Origin: Candidatus Saccharimonadales bacterium
GTDB lineage: Archaea > Micrarchaeota > Micrarchaeia > Micrarchaeales > CABMGC01
Assembly (NCBI GenBank): GCA_035508815.1
Contig: DATJMH010000008.1
Coordinates: forward strand, 1 to 28,144
DNA: 28,144 bases
Direction: 5' to 3'
How positions within the stretch are numbered: position 1 is the stretch's first letter; every line of letters begins with the position of its first letter. The translations under genes and the position numbers were made by a program. Positions 1 through 8,408 of this stretch are shown piece by piece. Under the pieces are notes generated by a model. The model was given only the letters and a program-made list of their open reading frames with translations, was not told where the DNA came from and did not search any database.

Positions 1-5
1 AGACA

Positions 6-779
6 TTATATGTAGAAGTACTCTTTAATGGTTTTGGTCATGCGCTCTCCGGCCTCATCGGGGCTTACCCCCTTCAACTCGGCGATTTTCGCCACGACCT
101 TCACTACATCGGCTGGACTTTTTCCCACTGCGGGAGAGTCCGTCTCGGCCACTATACTACTGAGGTCTAACTCCTTTATAACCCTTTTCCTTCTTCCAGA
201 CTCTATCGGAGGTATCGAGACGAGCCAGCCGTTCTTCTCGGCGGCCTTGGCCTCATCCACGCCTCCCTCGAAGTAGTGGAAGACGGCGCGCTCGACCTCC
301 CTTGACTCCAGTATCTCCATGACCCTCTTCAGGGCGCCCCTAGCATGGACCACCACCGGCAGCTCCATCGCCTTTGCGATGTCTATCTGTTTCTCGAAAG
401 CCTCTGCCTGCCTTTCCAATGGCGTATCCCTGACCTTGACCGAGTCGAGCCCGATCTCGCCTATGCCTATTATGTTCCTGTTCATCTTGACTATCTCGGG
501 CAGCTCCTCTATCTGGCCCGAGTCCTTTCCCACAAAATCCGGCGATATCCCCGCAACGCCGTAGACGCTCCCCCTTGCCAGCTCCAGCATCCTGAGGTTG
601 CTTGCCGCCCCGGCCCCGGCAGTTATGATAATCCCGACGCCCAGCTTTCTAGACTCCTCCACCACCCTCAACGGATCCGGGAAGAGGTCGAGATGGCAGT
701 GCGCATCGGCATACAGCACCGGTTCCTCCATCCTGAAGATCCTTGCAGAGACCTGGGCCGAGCTTTCCAAGAGAACCAC
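6..779 (-). CDS. tatD: TatD family metal-dependent hydrolase/DNase
   Basis: Motifs DAHCHLD, IGEIGLD, VVVHAR, FHYF and ETDSP. The start is uncertain (GTG 779 or ATG 731). The TAA stop overlaps an ATG at 6..4 of a probable next gene running off the window. Confidence 0.92.
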   Translation of the reverse strand: MVLLESSAQVSARIFRMEEPVLYADAHCHLDLFPDPLRVVEESRKLGVGIIITAGAGAASNLRMLELARGSVYGVAGISPDFVGKDSGQIEELPEIVKMNRNIIGIGEIGLDSVKVRDTPLERQAEAFEKQIDIAKAMELPVVVHARGALKRVMEILESREVERAVFHYFEGGVDEAKAAEKNGWLVSIPPIESGRRKRVIKELDLSSIVAETDSPAVGKSPADVVKVVAKIAELKGVSPDEAGERMTKTIKEYFYI

Positions 780-785
780 ACAGAA

Positions 786-811
786 CCTTTATATTGTTTC
801 ATATATAAAAA
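786..811. promoter_or_regulatory. Divergent archaeal promoter region with TATA-like boxes
   Basis: AT-rich tttatat (787-793) and tatataaaa (802-810) between divergent tatD and the ATG at 840. Confidence 0.55.
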
Positions 812-839
812 GATAATCATAAAAAAACAAGGATTAGTC

Positions 840-1943
840 ATGGCAGCGAGGAGCATCAGAAGGGGAGGAGCGCCTTCAGCGAAAGCCCTCCAGTCGCTCT
901 GCTACGCCGCAATACTGATAAGCGTAATGGCCGTGTTGGCCTCCGCCTACTCGCTCGTGCATTCGGGGAGGACCATATACGTAAACAAGACCGTCTACAT
1001 AAACAACACCGTATATTCCAACAGCACCAACAGCACGGCGCCCCTCTCGCAGTTCAATATCACCGGCAGCCTGATAACGCCGCTCTACTACCTGCCGAAC
1101 GACCCGGTCATAAACCAGAGCGCGCCATTCGGCAAGACCCTGCAGGGCATAAACTCGCAGCTCAACGCGACGGAGCTCTCCATAATAAACAACGCCTCGC
1201 AGTCGTACTTCGAGACGGCGGGGATGATGTACCTTAACAGGAGCCTTGCCAACTCAGTCTCTGCGACAGTTAAACCTGTCCCAACCTTCCTGGTTAACGG
1301 TAAGCCCTCCGTGATATACTTCGGGTCGATAACCTGCATCTTCTGCGGAGAGAACAGGTGGGCCATGGCGCTCGCGCTCTCCAGGTTCGGCAACTTCTCC
1401 ACGCTCTTCAACGGCTACAGCTCATTCGGGGACTACGACGTGCCCACGCTCTACTGGTCGCCTGCCCAGTACAACCAGTCTTCAGTTGATCTGGGCTCGT
1501 TCTACAACAGCAAGTACATAAACTTCATAGCCATAGAGGACACAGACCCGATAACCGCAGGATTCAACCTACAGTCGCTCCCGGTCATAGCGCAGGAGAT
1601 CAACAGCACGGGCAACCTCGCGTACGAGAGCGCCTTCCAATACATACTTGACATAAACAATTTCCAGGGAACACCATACACCATATGGGGAGGAAGCCAG
1701 GTGAGCGGCGCCGACGCGATAGACTTCGGCAACACGCCGCCGACAGGCAGCACGCTCGCGCTCTCCAACATGACCCATGCGCAGGTCCTTGGGCAGCTCG
1801 CCAACCCGGACAACCAGTTCAGCTGGACCGAGTACGCCGCGGCCGACCTTTACATAGCCATGACATGCGCCTCGATAAACAACACAGCTCCGGTGTGCTC
1901 GCTCCCTGCGATAATCGGGATAGAGAAGCAGAATGGTTATTGA
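840..1943 (+). CDS. DUF929-family membrane-anchored thioredoxin-like (CxxC) protein
   Basis: Likely start is ATG 840; the 345 start in the track overlaps tatD. Basic N-terminus then one TM, many NxS/T sequons, and NGKPSVIYFGSITCIFCGENRWAMALALSRFGNFS, which matches the DUF929 pattern (CxxC at 1335-1346). Confidence 0.78.
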   Translation: MAARSIRRGGAPSAKALQSLCYAAILISVMAVLASAYSLVHSGRTIYVNKTVYINNTVYSNSTNSTAPLSQFNITGSLITPLYYLPNDPVINQSAPFGKTLQGINSQLNATELSIINNASQSYFETAGMMYLNRSLANSVSATVKPVPTFLVNGKPSVIYFGSITCIFCGENRWAMALALSRFGNFSTLFNGYSSFGDYDVPTLYWSPAQYNQSSVDLGSFYNSKYINFIAIEDTDPITAGFNLQSLPVIAQEINSTGNLAYESAFQYILDINNFQGTPYTIWGGSQVSGADAIDFGNTPPTGSTLALSNMTHAQVLGQLANPDNQFSWTEYAAADLYIAMTCASINNTAPVCSLPAIIGIEKQNGY

Positions 1944-2478
1944 AGTGCCCAGCCCAAAGCCGACGAGGCCAGGAAGGCTTCTTATACTGAAGAACGCGGT
2001 CACCTCGCCGGCATTCCTGATACTGCTGGTCGTTGCAGCCGCAGTCTACTACCTTTTCATAAAATACATGATAACCATAAGCAGCCAGGGCGTCTTCCTG
2101 GTGACCGCGCCATGGTACCTGCTCTACATACTCTCTGCGACGTCAGCGCTCCTCCTTACCGTAAGCGCCTATTCCATCCATATATCGTTAAAGTACAGCC
2201 TGATGGGGCTGGAGGACGGCGCGGCTAGCGCCGTCACCACCTTCATAGGGAGCCTTGTCACCAGCTGCGGCTGCAGCGCTCCCATACTCGCGGTTATCCT
2301 CTACGGAATAGGCGTCAATGCCATAGGTGTCAGCGGAGCGATAACCTTCATAGCCGTCAACCAGGCCTGGCTCCTGGGCGCAGTCTCGCTTGTCAACCTC
2401 CTCCTCACATACCACTCCCTCGGCAAGGTCTCCAAAGGATGCAAAATAACCAGGACCGGAAGGATAACCGCGCGCTAG
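1933..2478 (+). CDS. Polytopic (about 4 TM) membrane protein with SCGCSAP motif
   Basis: Four hydrophobic segments, CGC at 2266-2274, and an 11-bp overlap with the DUF929 gene. Confidence 0.75.
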   Translation: MVIEVPSPKPTRPGRLLILKNAVTSPAFLILLVVAAAVYYLFIKYMITISSQGVFLVTAPWYLLYILSATSALLLTVSAYSIHISLKYSLMGLEDGAASAVTTFIGSLVTSCGCSAPILAVILYGIGVNAIGVSGAITFIAVNQAWLLGAVSLVNLLLTYHSLGKVSKGCKITRTGRITAR

Positions 2479-2589
2479 TAAAAAGAATAAATACCTTAAA
2501 CACGTAATGTGTTAGACGAGAAAATAAATAAGCTTATAAAGGCAGGGAGAAATTCCAAGTACTCAGCGAAATCCGGCAAATAGAAACTG

Positions 2590-2597
2590 TTTATATA
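2590..2597 (+). promoter_or_regulatory. TATA box upstream of nrdA
   Basis: TTTATATA preceded by purine-rich gaaa (BRE-like). A second candidate, cttataaa, is at 2533-2540. Confidence 0.55.
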
Positions 2598-2629
2598 CCT
2601 GATGTTCAATACACTATGGGCGTCCGTAT

Positions 2630-2645
2630 CCACCATCTATAGTGG
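2630..2645. promoter_or_regulatory. NrdR-box-like operator 1
   Basis: CCACCATCTATAGTGG resembles the consensus acaCwAtATaTwGtgt, has palindromic CCAC/GTGG ends and lies upstream of nrdA. Confidence 0.6.
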
Positions 2646-2661
2646 CTTTGGATGTCCAGGG

Positions 2662-2677
2662 ATACTACAGGTTGTAT
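2662..2677. promoter_or_regulatory. NrdR-box-like operator 2
   Basis: ATACTACAGGTTGTAT starts exactly 32 bp after box 1 and keeps the C4, A6, A8, T11 and G13 consensus positions. Confidence 0.55.
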
Positions 2678-2691
2678 ATGGGGTTGTTTTG

Positions 2692-5646
2692 ATGGCGTGG
2701 GAAAAATTCGAGAATGTGAAGAAGAGGGATGGCACTGTAGTTGAGTTCAAGCCTGAGAAGATAGCGGAGGCGATCAGGAAGGCGATACTTGCAACAAGGG
2801 GCAACACGGACAACGTTGACGTGGGCGCGCTCACCGAGCACGTCCTCAAGGGCATAGAGGTAAGGTACGCGGGCTACAAGACCCCGGACGTGGAGGGAAT
2901 ACAGAACCTCGTGGAGCGCACTCTCATGGAGTTCGGGCTTTTCGACGTTTCAAAGGCCTACATACTGTACAGGGAGAGGCACCGTGAGATAAGGGAGCAG
3001 AAGCAGAAGGACATAATACGCTACATAGAGGAGGGAAGGATACACGTCACGAAGAGGGACGGCTCCAGGGAGGTATTCAGCGAATCCAAGCTTAGGACGT
3101 TCATAGCAAGGGCCTGCAGGGGCTTCGAGGGCGTGGTCGACATAGACGGCCTGGTGAGGCAGTGCGAGCTGGGAATCTACGAGAACATAAAGACATCGGA
3201 GCTGGCAAAGCTGGCCATAATGTCATCAAAGGCCCTGATAGAGCAGGATCCAACCGCATTCGAGGCAATAACCACAAGGCTCTTCCTCTCATCTCTCTAC
3301 AAGGAGGCGCTGGCCTCTGGTTTCTCCAAGAACATACGCGAGGCATATGGAAGGTCATTCGCTGCCTCGATAAAGAAGGGAGTGGAGCAGGGCCTCCTGA
3401 CAAAGGAGCTCCTGGACTTTGACTTGGAGAAGCTCTCAAAGGTGCTGATATTCGACAGGGACCTCATGATGAACTCAAGGGGCATACAGACCCTTTATGA
3501 CAGGTACTTCGTCAGGGACAGGCGCACAGACCTGCCCACCGAGACGCCGCAGTTCTTCTGGATGCGTGTAGCCATGGGACTCTCGATAAACGAGAAGGAC
3601 AAGGAGTCACGCGCAATGCAGTTCTACGAGGTGCTCTCATCCATGAGGTTCGTGGCCTCAACCCCGACGCTCTTCCACTCCGGGACCATGCACCCGCAGC
3701 TCAGCTCATGCTACCTTACTACCGTCGAGGACGACCTCTCTCACATCTTCAAGGCCATAGGCGACAACGCCCAGCTCTCGAAGTGGTCCGGAGGGCTAGG
3801 CAACGACTGGACCAACATAAGGGCAACCGGATCGCTGATAAAGAGCACCAACGTGGAAAGCCAGGGAGTGATACCCTTCCTGAAGATAGCCAACGACACC
3901 ACAGTCGCGATAAACAGGAGCGGAAAGAGGAGGGGCGCAACGTGCGCCTACCTGGAGACCTGGCACATGGACATAGAGGACTTCCTCGACCTGAGGAAGA
4001 CCACCGGCGACGAAAGGCGAAGAACGCACGACATGGACACGGCCAACTGGATACCCGACCTCTTCATGAAGCGCGTCGTCAACGACGAGGACTGGACGCT
4101 CTTCTCCCCTGAGGAGGTTCCGGAGCTGCACCAGACATACGGCAGGAAGTTCGAGGAGAAGTACATTGAGTACGAGAAGAGGGCGTCGGAAGGCAAGATA
4201 GCGCTCTTCAAGACAGTCAAGGCGCAGCAGCTCTGGAGGAAGATGATCACCTCCCTGTTCGAGACAGGCCACCCTTGGATGGTCTTCAAGGACCCTGCAA
4301 ACGTGAGGTCCCCGCAGGACCATGTCGGAGTGGTCCACAGCTCGAACCTCTGCACCGAGATAACGCTGAACACCTCGAAGGACGAGACCGCGGTCTGCAA
4401 CCTAGGCTCGATAAACCTGGCAAACCACATAAAGGAGGGCAGGCTCGACTCCGGCCTGCTCAAGGAGACCGTATACACCGCAATGCGCATGCTGGACAAC
4501 GTCATAGACATCAACTACTACCCGACCGAAGAGGCCAAGACCTCCAACATGAGGCACAGGCCGGTGGGCCTGGGCATAATGGGCTACCAGGATGCACTCT
4601 ACATGCTGGGAAGGAACTTCGACTCGGACGCCGGGCTGGAGTTCGCCGACGAGAGCATGGAGATCATATCCTACTATGCGATACTGGCATCCACCGAGCT
4701 CGCCAGGGAGCGCGGGACCTACGAGACCTACAAGGGATCGAAGTGGGACCGCGGCATACTGCCGCTCGACTCCCTTGACCTGCTCGAGCAGGAAAGGGGA
4801 ATCAAGATAGAGGTCCCCAGGACCGCAAAGATGGACTGGTCAGTAGCCAGGAGGGAGGTGAAGCAGCACGGGATGAGGAACTCAAACACCATGGCCATAG
4901 CCCCCACAGCGACAATATCCAACATTGCAGGATGCTACCCTTCCATAGAGCCCATCTACAAGAACATCTACGTCAAGTCCAACATGAGCGGCGAATTCAC
5001 AGTGGTCAACAAGTTCCTGGTCGAGGACCTCAAGGCCAACGAGCTCTGGAACAAGACGCTTCTCGAGAAGATAAAGGAGAACGACGGAAACCTCCAGCAC
5101 ATAGAGTCGCTGCCGAAGAAGCTCAAGGACAAGTACAAGGAGGCCTTCGACATAGACCCGGAGTTCATGATAGCGGCTGCCGCAAGGAGGGCCAAGTGGA
5201 TAGACCAGAGCCAGTCGCTCAACATCTTCAGCGCGACAAGCTCCGGAAAGAGGCTCTCCGACATCTACATATACGCCTGGAAGATGGGCCTCAAGTCCAC
5301 ATACTACCTGAGGACCATTGCGGCATCGACAATAGAGAAGAGCACCCTCGAGATAACGAACAGGACAGCCGCGATAAACATAGAGACGGCGGGCACCGAC
5401 AACAGCGGGAGGGCGTACGCCTCCAAGCCAGAAAGCGCCGCGGAATCGAGGATAATGGACGTAAGCGAGAGCGGAATGGCCCAGGTCCAGGTCGAGCGCC
5501 AGGAGCCCGTGACGGTCCAAGTAGAGGATGCGATAATCGAGGCAGCCATGCAGGAGCCCGTCGCGCCACAGGCATTCGAGGCCAAGGTCTGCAGGATAGA
5601 CGGCCACAGCATGTCGGACGAGGAGAACTGCGAGGCCTGCCAGTAA
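2692..5646 (+). CDS. nrdA: Class I ribonucleoside-diphosphate reductase alpha subunit with two N-terminal ATP cones
   Basis: Two ATP-cone starts (VKKRDG and VTKRDG), QLSSCYL, SSNLCTEI, TAVCNLGS, KSTYYLR and C-terminal CEACQ. Start placed at ATG 2692 (MAWEKF), just before cone 1; the track start at 2602 would read through the regulatory region. Confidence 0.96.
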   Translation: MAWEKFENVKKRDGTVVEFKPEKIAEAIRKAILATRGNTDNVDVGALTEHVLKGIEVRYAGYKTPDVEGIQNLVERTLMEFGLFDVSKAYILYRERHREIREQKQKDIIRYIEEGRIHVTKRDGSREVFSESKLRTFIARACRGFEGVVDIDGLVRQCELGIYENIKTSELAKLAIMSSKALIEQDPTAFEAITTRLFLSSLYKEALASGFSKNIREAYGRSFAASIKKGVEQGLLTKELLDFDLEKLSKVLIFDRDLMMNSRGIQTLYDRYFVRDRRTDLPTETPQFFWMRVAMGLSINEKDKESRAMQFYEVLSSMRFVASTPTLFHSGTMHPQLSSCYLTTVEDDLSHIFKAIGDNAQLSKWSGGLGNDWTNIRATGSLIKSTNVESQGVIPFLKIANDTTVAINRSGKRRGATCAYLETWHMDIEDFLDLRKTTGDERRRTHDMDTANWIPDLFMKRVVNDEDWTLFSPEEVPELHQTYGRKFEEKYIEYEKRASEGKIALFKTVKAQQLWRKMITSLFETGHPWMVFKDPANVRSPQDHVGVVHSSNLCTEITLNTSKDETAVCNLGSINLANHIKEGRLDSGLLKETVYTAMRMLDNVIDINYYPTEEAKTSNMRHRPVGLGIMGYQDALYMLGRNFDSDAGLEFADESMEIISYYAILASTELARERGTYETYKGSKWDRGILPLDSLDLLEQERGIKIEVPRTAKMDWSVARREVKQHGMRNSNTMAIAPTATISNIAGCYPSIEPIYKNIYVKSNMSGEFTVVNKFLVEDLKANELWNKTLLEKIKENDGNLQHIESLPKKLKDKYKEAFDIDPEFMIAAAARRAKWIDQSQSLNIFSATSSGKRLSDIYIYAWKMGLKSTYYLRTIAASTIEKSTLEITNRTAAINIETAGTDNSGRAYASKPESAAESRIMDVSESGMAQVQVERQEPVTVQVEDAIIEAAMQEPVAPQAFEAKVCRIDGHSMSDEENCEACQ

Positions 5647-5653
5647 ATCAGAA

Positions 5654-5660
5654 AGGAGGT
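5654..5660 (+). promoter_or_regulatory. Ribosome-binding site for nrdB
   Basis: AGGAGGT 4 nt before ATG 5665. Confidence 0.8.
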
Positions 5661-5664
5661 AAAC

Positions 5665-6663
5665 ATGAAGAAGATACTAAACGCGTCAGAGGTCGACCCG
5701 AACAAGATACTCCCCATAAAGTACGAGTGGGCCAGGACGCACTACAAGGCCGGCGTGGCAAACAACTGGGTGCCGGAAGAGATACCCATGCAGCAGGACA
5801 TAGAGCTCTGGAAGAAGAAGGGCGGCCTGAGCGACGACGAGCGGAGGATGATCCTCTGGAACCTCGGATTCTTCTCGACGGCGGAAAGCCTGACCGCGAA
5901 CAACATCATACTCTCGATATACAGGCACATAACCAACCCCGAGTCGAGGCAGTACCTGCTCAGGCAGGCGTACGAGGAGGCCGTCCACACGGAGATGTTC
6001 CTTTACTGCTGCGATTCCCTGGGGCTGGACCCTGACGAGATCTACAACATGTACAACACCATCGCAAGCATAAAGGCGAAGGACGACTACGTCGTGGACC
6101 TCACAAAATCCATACTTGACCCGAACTTCACAACCACCGGCGTCGAGAACATACAGAGGTTCGTCTACGACCTCGTCGGATACTACATAATCATGGAGGG
6201 GATCTTCTTCTACGCCGGTTTCGTCATGATGCTCTCGATGCTCAGGAGCAACAGGATGGTCGGGGTGGGCGAGCAGTTCCAGTACGTGCTCAGGGACGAG
6301 ACCGTGCATCTGGCATTCGGAGCCGACCTGATCAACACCATAGTGGAGGAGAACCCCGAGATATGGACGGAGAAGTTCAAGAAGGAGATAACCGACTCGA
6401 TACTCAGGGGGGTCGACCTGGAGGTCCTGTACGCGAAGGACGCCCTCCCGAGGGGGATACTCGGCCTGAACGCCGACATGATCAAGGACTACATGCAGTA
6501 CATAGCGGACAGGAGGCTGGAGAGGATAGGCCTCAAGAAGGTATTCAGCTCTGAGAACCCGTTCCCGTGGATGAGCGAAATCATAGATTTGAGGAAGGAG
6601 AAGAACTTCTTCGAGACAAGGGTAACGGAGTACAAGAACAGGGGAGAGCTGAGCTGGGACTAG
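5665..6663 (+). CDS. nrdB: Ribonucleotide reductase beta subunit, class Ic (R2c, Mn/Fe)-type signature
   Basis: Ligands E74 (TAES), E105/H108 (EEAVH), E178 (EGIFFY), E212/H215 (DETVH). F112 sits at the His+4 radical-Tyr position. C-terminus EKNFFETRVTEY. Confidence 0.95.
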   Translation: MKKILNASEVDPNKILPIKYEWARTHYKAGVANNWVPEEIPMQQDIELWKKKGGLSDDERRMILWNLGFFSTAESLTANNIILSIYRHITNPESRQYLLRQAYEEAVHTEMFLYCCDSLGLDPDEIYNMYNTIASIKAKDDYVVDLTKSILDPNFTTTGVENIQRFVYDLVGYYIIMEGIFFYAGFVMMLSMLRSNRMVGVGEQFQYVLRDETVHLAFGADLINTIVEENPEIWTEKFKKEITDSILRGVDLEVLYAKDALPRGILGLNADMIKDYMQYIADRRLERIGLKKVFSSENPFPWMSEIIDLRKEKNFFETRVTEYKNRGELSWD

Positions 6664-6675
6664 CGGGAAGGCGAC

Positions 6676-7152
6676 ATGCAAGACCAAGCCCTCAAGTCGT
6701 ACCTGGAGAAACTGGGCATATCCTACAAGGAATACGGGCACAAGCCGGTCTTCACGGTAGACGAGGCCGCATTCCTCAAGAATGAGATTCCGGGCATGCA
6801 CACGAAGAACCTCTTCCTCAAGGACGACAGGGGGAATTTCTACCTGGTATGCATTGCAGCTGAGAAACGCCTTGACATGAAGGCGCTCAGGAAGCGCCTA
6901 GGAGCGGGCAAGCTGCAGTTCGCGACTCCTGAAGAGATGAAGGCAGAGCTGAACCTCACCCCAGGAAGCGTCTCGCTGTTCGGAATCATATACTCAAAGA
7001 GGACCAGGCTGCTTCTTGACAAGGATATATGGGATGCTGCCATCGTATCCTTCCACGCGAACATAAACACAGAAACTCTTGAATTAAGGCATGAGGGTTT
7101 GGAGAAGTTCTATAATTCACTAAGAAACGCAAAGGAAATTATGGTCATCTAA
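6676..7152 (+). CDS. YbaK/ProX family aminoacyl-tRNA editing protein (ProXp-ala/PrdX-like)
   Basis: HKPVFTV, TKNLFLKD, LNLTPGSVSLFG and FHANINT patterns in a 158-aa stand-alone domain. Confidence 0.85.
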   Translation: MQDQALKSYLEKLGISYKEYGHKPVFTVDEAAFLKNEIPGMHTKNLFLKDDRGNFYLVCIAAEKRLDMKALRKRLGAGKLQFATPEEMKAELNLTPGSVSLFGIIYSKRTRLLLDKDIWDAAIVSFHANINTETLELRHEGLEKFYNSLRNAKEIMVI

Positions 7153-7228
7153 GTTCTATACAAACACAAAAATGTCTATTTAAAGTTATTCGGTAAGGCT
7201 TAAGAACCATAAAAATTAGAAAACAGTC

Positions 7229-8377
7229 ATGGGAACAGCTACCAGAAGAGACCTTTATCTAGAGAAGCCGGTTTTGCTAGCAGGACAGCCTAAAAGGACC
7301 ATAGCCGAATATGCAAGCCAGAACGGAATACTCGTACCACGAATATTTGATTCTTTAATTGAGGCAAAACGTTTTGGACTACCTATAATTGCCAGAAGCG
7401 AGCATACCCAAGACTATAATGGTTCATCAGATCTATTCGCAAGTAAGGTGTTAAGAGAAGGCAATAGATTTAGCGGACTTAACGAGTCAGAACTGAAAAA
7501 AGCATTAGATAAGTATAATTTCCACACAGAGAAGCACTGCGATTTGCTCGGAATACACTTTGAGGAGTTCAAGAAGCAATTTTCATATTCTTTCTGGGAA
7601 TTTATAGAAGGTTTCCAAATAAGAGTTGTGGCTGACTCTGCAATCAAATCGCGTTATCATATAACTGCTTATAGGAGAAGGCAGGGAGATGGCGAGCCGA
7701 TTCATGATTATTCCTTCTTTGAAAATGGCAACGTAACAAACTTAACATCCTCTCAGATGCCTAATGAACTTCGAGCTAATCTAGCAAGTCTGATAGATAT
7801 TTATGATTCTATAAGAAATCTTGATAAGTTTGACCCTAATCATTGCCCCATAATGGAGTTTGTTACTACACCAGAAGGTAAACATTACTTTTTGCAATAC
7901 CACAGGTCTCGTGACTTCAGCCAGGCATCTTTCCTATTGGACAGAAAACCGATAAAAGACGAGGCAAGAGCCTTATTTGTCAGAGGAGCAACTCCTCCTG
8001 AAGGCATCACCTGCAAGGTAACTGTAGCTTATGGATGGATAGGCGGCACTGCAAAGTGTAGGCTTCCGAAAGTTGAACAGGGTGCTTTCGATTTTCATAG
8101 TACCGCAGCCTACTCGGAGATTATGGTTCGGAGGAGGCGCCTGCAAATAACAGATTCTGACGACTTAAAATCAGAAATGGAAGAATTTGTTGAGGGCCAC
8201 GGAAGGTATTCAAGATTAATTAAACCAGAAATTTCTGTAATTCTAGACGCTGGGAGGATCTTATCTAAAACTGAGAAGACCAAGCTGGAAAGGCAGGCGG
8301 AAAAGGAAAGCCATGATGTTTATATAAATGTTCATCTGACTTCAGATGGGAGCATCGCCTATCTTAGACGTGCATAA
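7229..8377 (+). CDS. Hypothetical protein, possible divergent ATP-grasp/PEP-synthase N-terminal-like fold; AT-rich
   Basis: 382-aa ORF. LVPRIF...PIIARSE...DYNGSSDLFAS and MEFVTTPEGKHYFLQ resemble PPDK_N-type ATP-grasp motifs. Codon usage is visibly more A/T-ending than its neighbours. Confidence 0.55.
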   Translation: MGTATRRDLYLEKPVLLAGQPKRTIAEYASQNGILVPRIFDSLIEAKRFGLPIIARSEHTQDYNGSSDLFASKVLREGNRFSGLNESELKKALDKYNFHTEKHCDLLGIHFEEFKKQFSYSFWEFIEGFQIRVVADSAIKSRYHITAYRRRQGDGEPIHDYSFFENGNVTNLTSSQMPNELRANLASLIDIYDSIRNLDKFDPNHCPIMEFVTTPEGKHYFLQYHRSRDFSQASFLLDRKPIKDEARALFVRGATPPEGITCKVTVAYGWIGGTAKCRLPKVEQGAFDFHSTAAYSEIMVRRRRLQITDSDDLKSEMEEFVEGHGRYSRLIKPEISVILDAGRILSKTEKTKLERQAEKESHDVYINVHLTSDGSIAYLRRA

Positions 8378-8408
8378 GTAAGACCATTAAGACGAATTAA
8401 CCAAGTAA

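Noticed and set aside
345-839. N-terminal extension of the 532-aa ORF in the track
   Set aside because: It is the antisense shadow of tatD and runs through the AT-rich promoter. The real start is probably ATG 840.
2602-2691. Upstream 30 codons of nrdA in the track
   Set aside because: They precede the ATP cone, look non-conserved and overlap the TATA/operator region.
3101-6801. Long alternative-frame and antisense ORFs over nrdAB (e.g. 4932..6035 +, 5686..6801 -, 4882..5607 -)
   Set aside because: Expected shadows of GC3-rich coding sequence. They lack motifs and overlap well-supported genes.
7201-8387. taagaaccat (7201) and taagaccat (8379) flanking the AT-rich gene as a possible target-site duplication
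   Set aside because: Short, imperfect and AT-rich, so likely chance. No transposase or terminal inverted repeats were seen.
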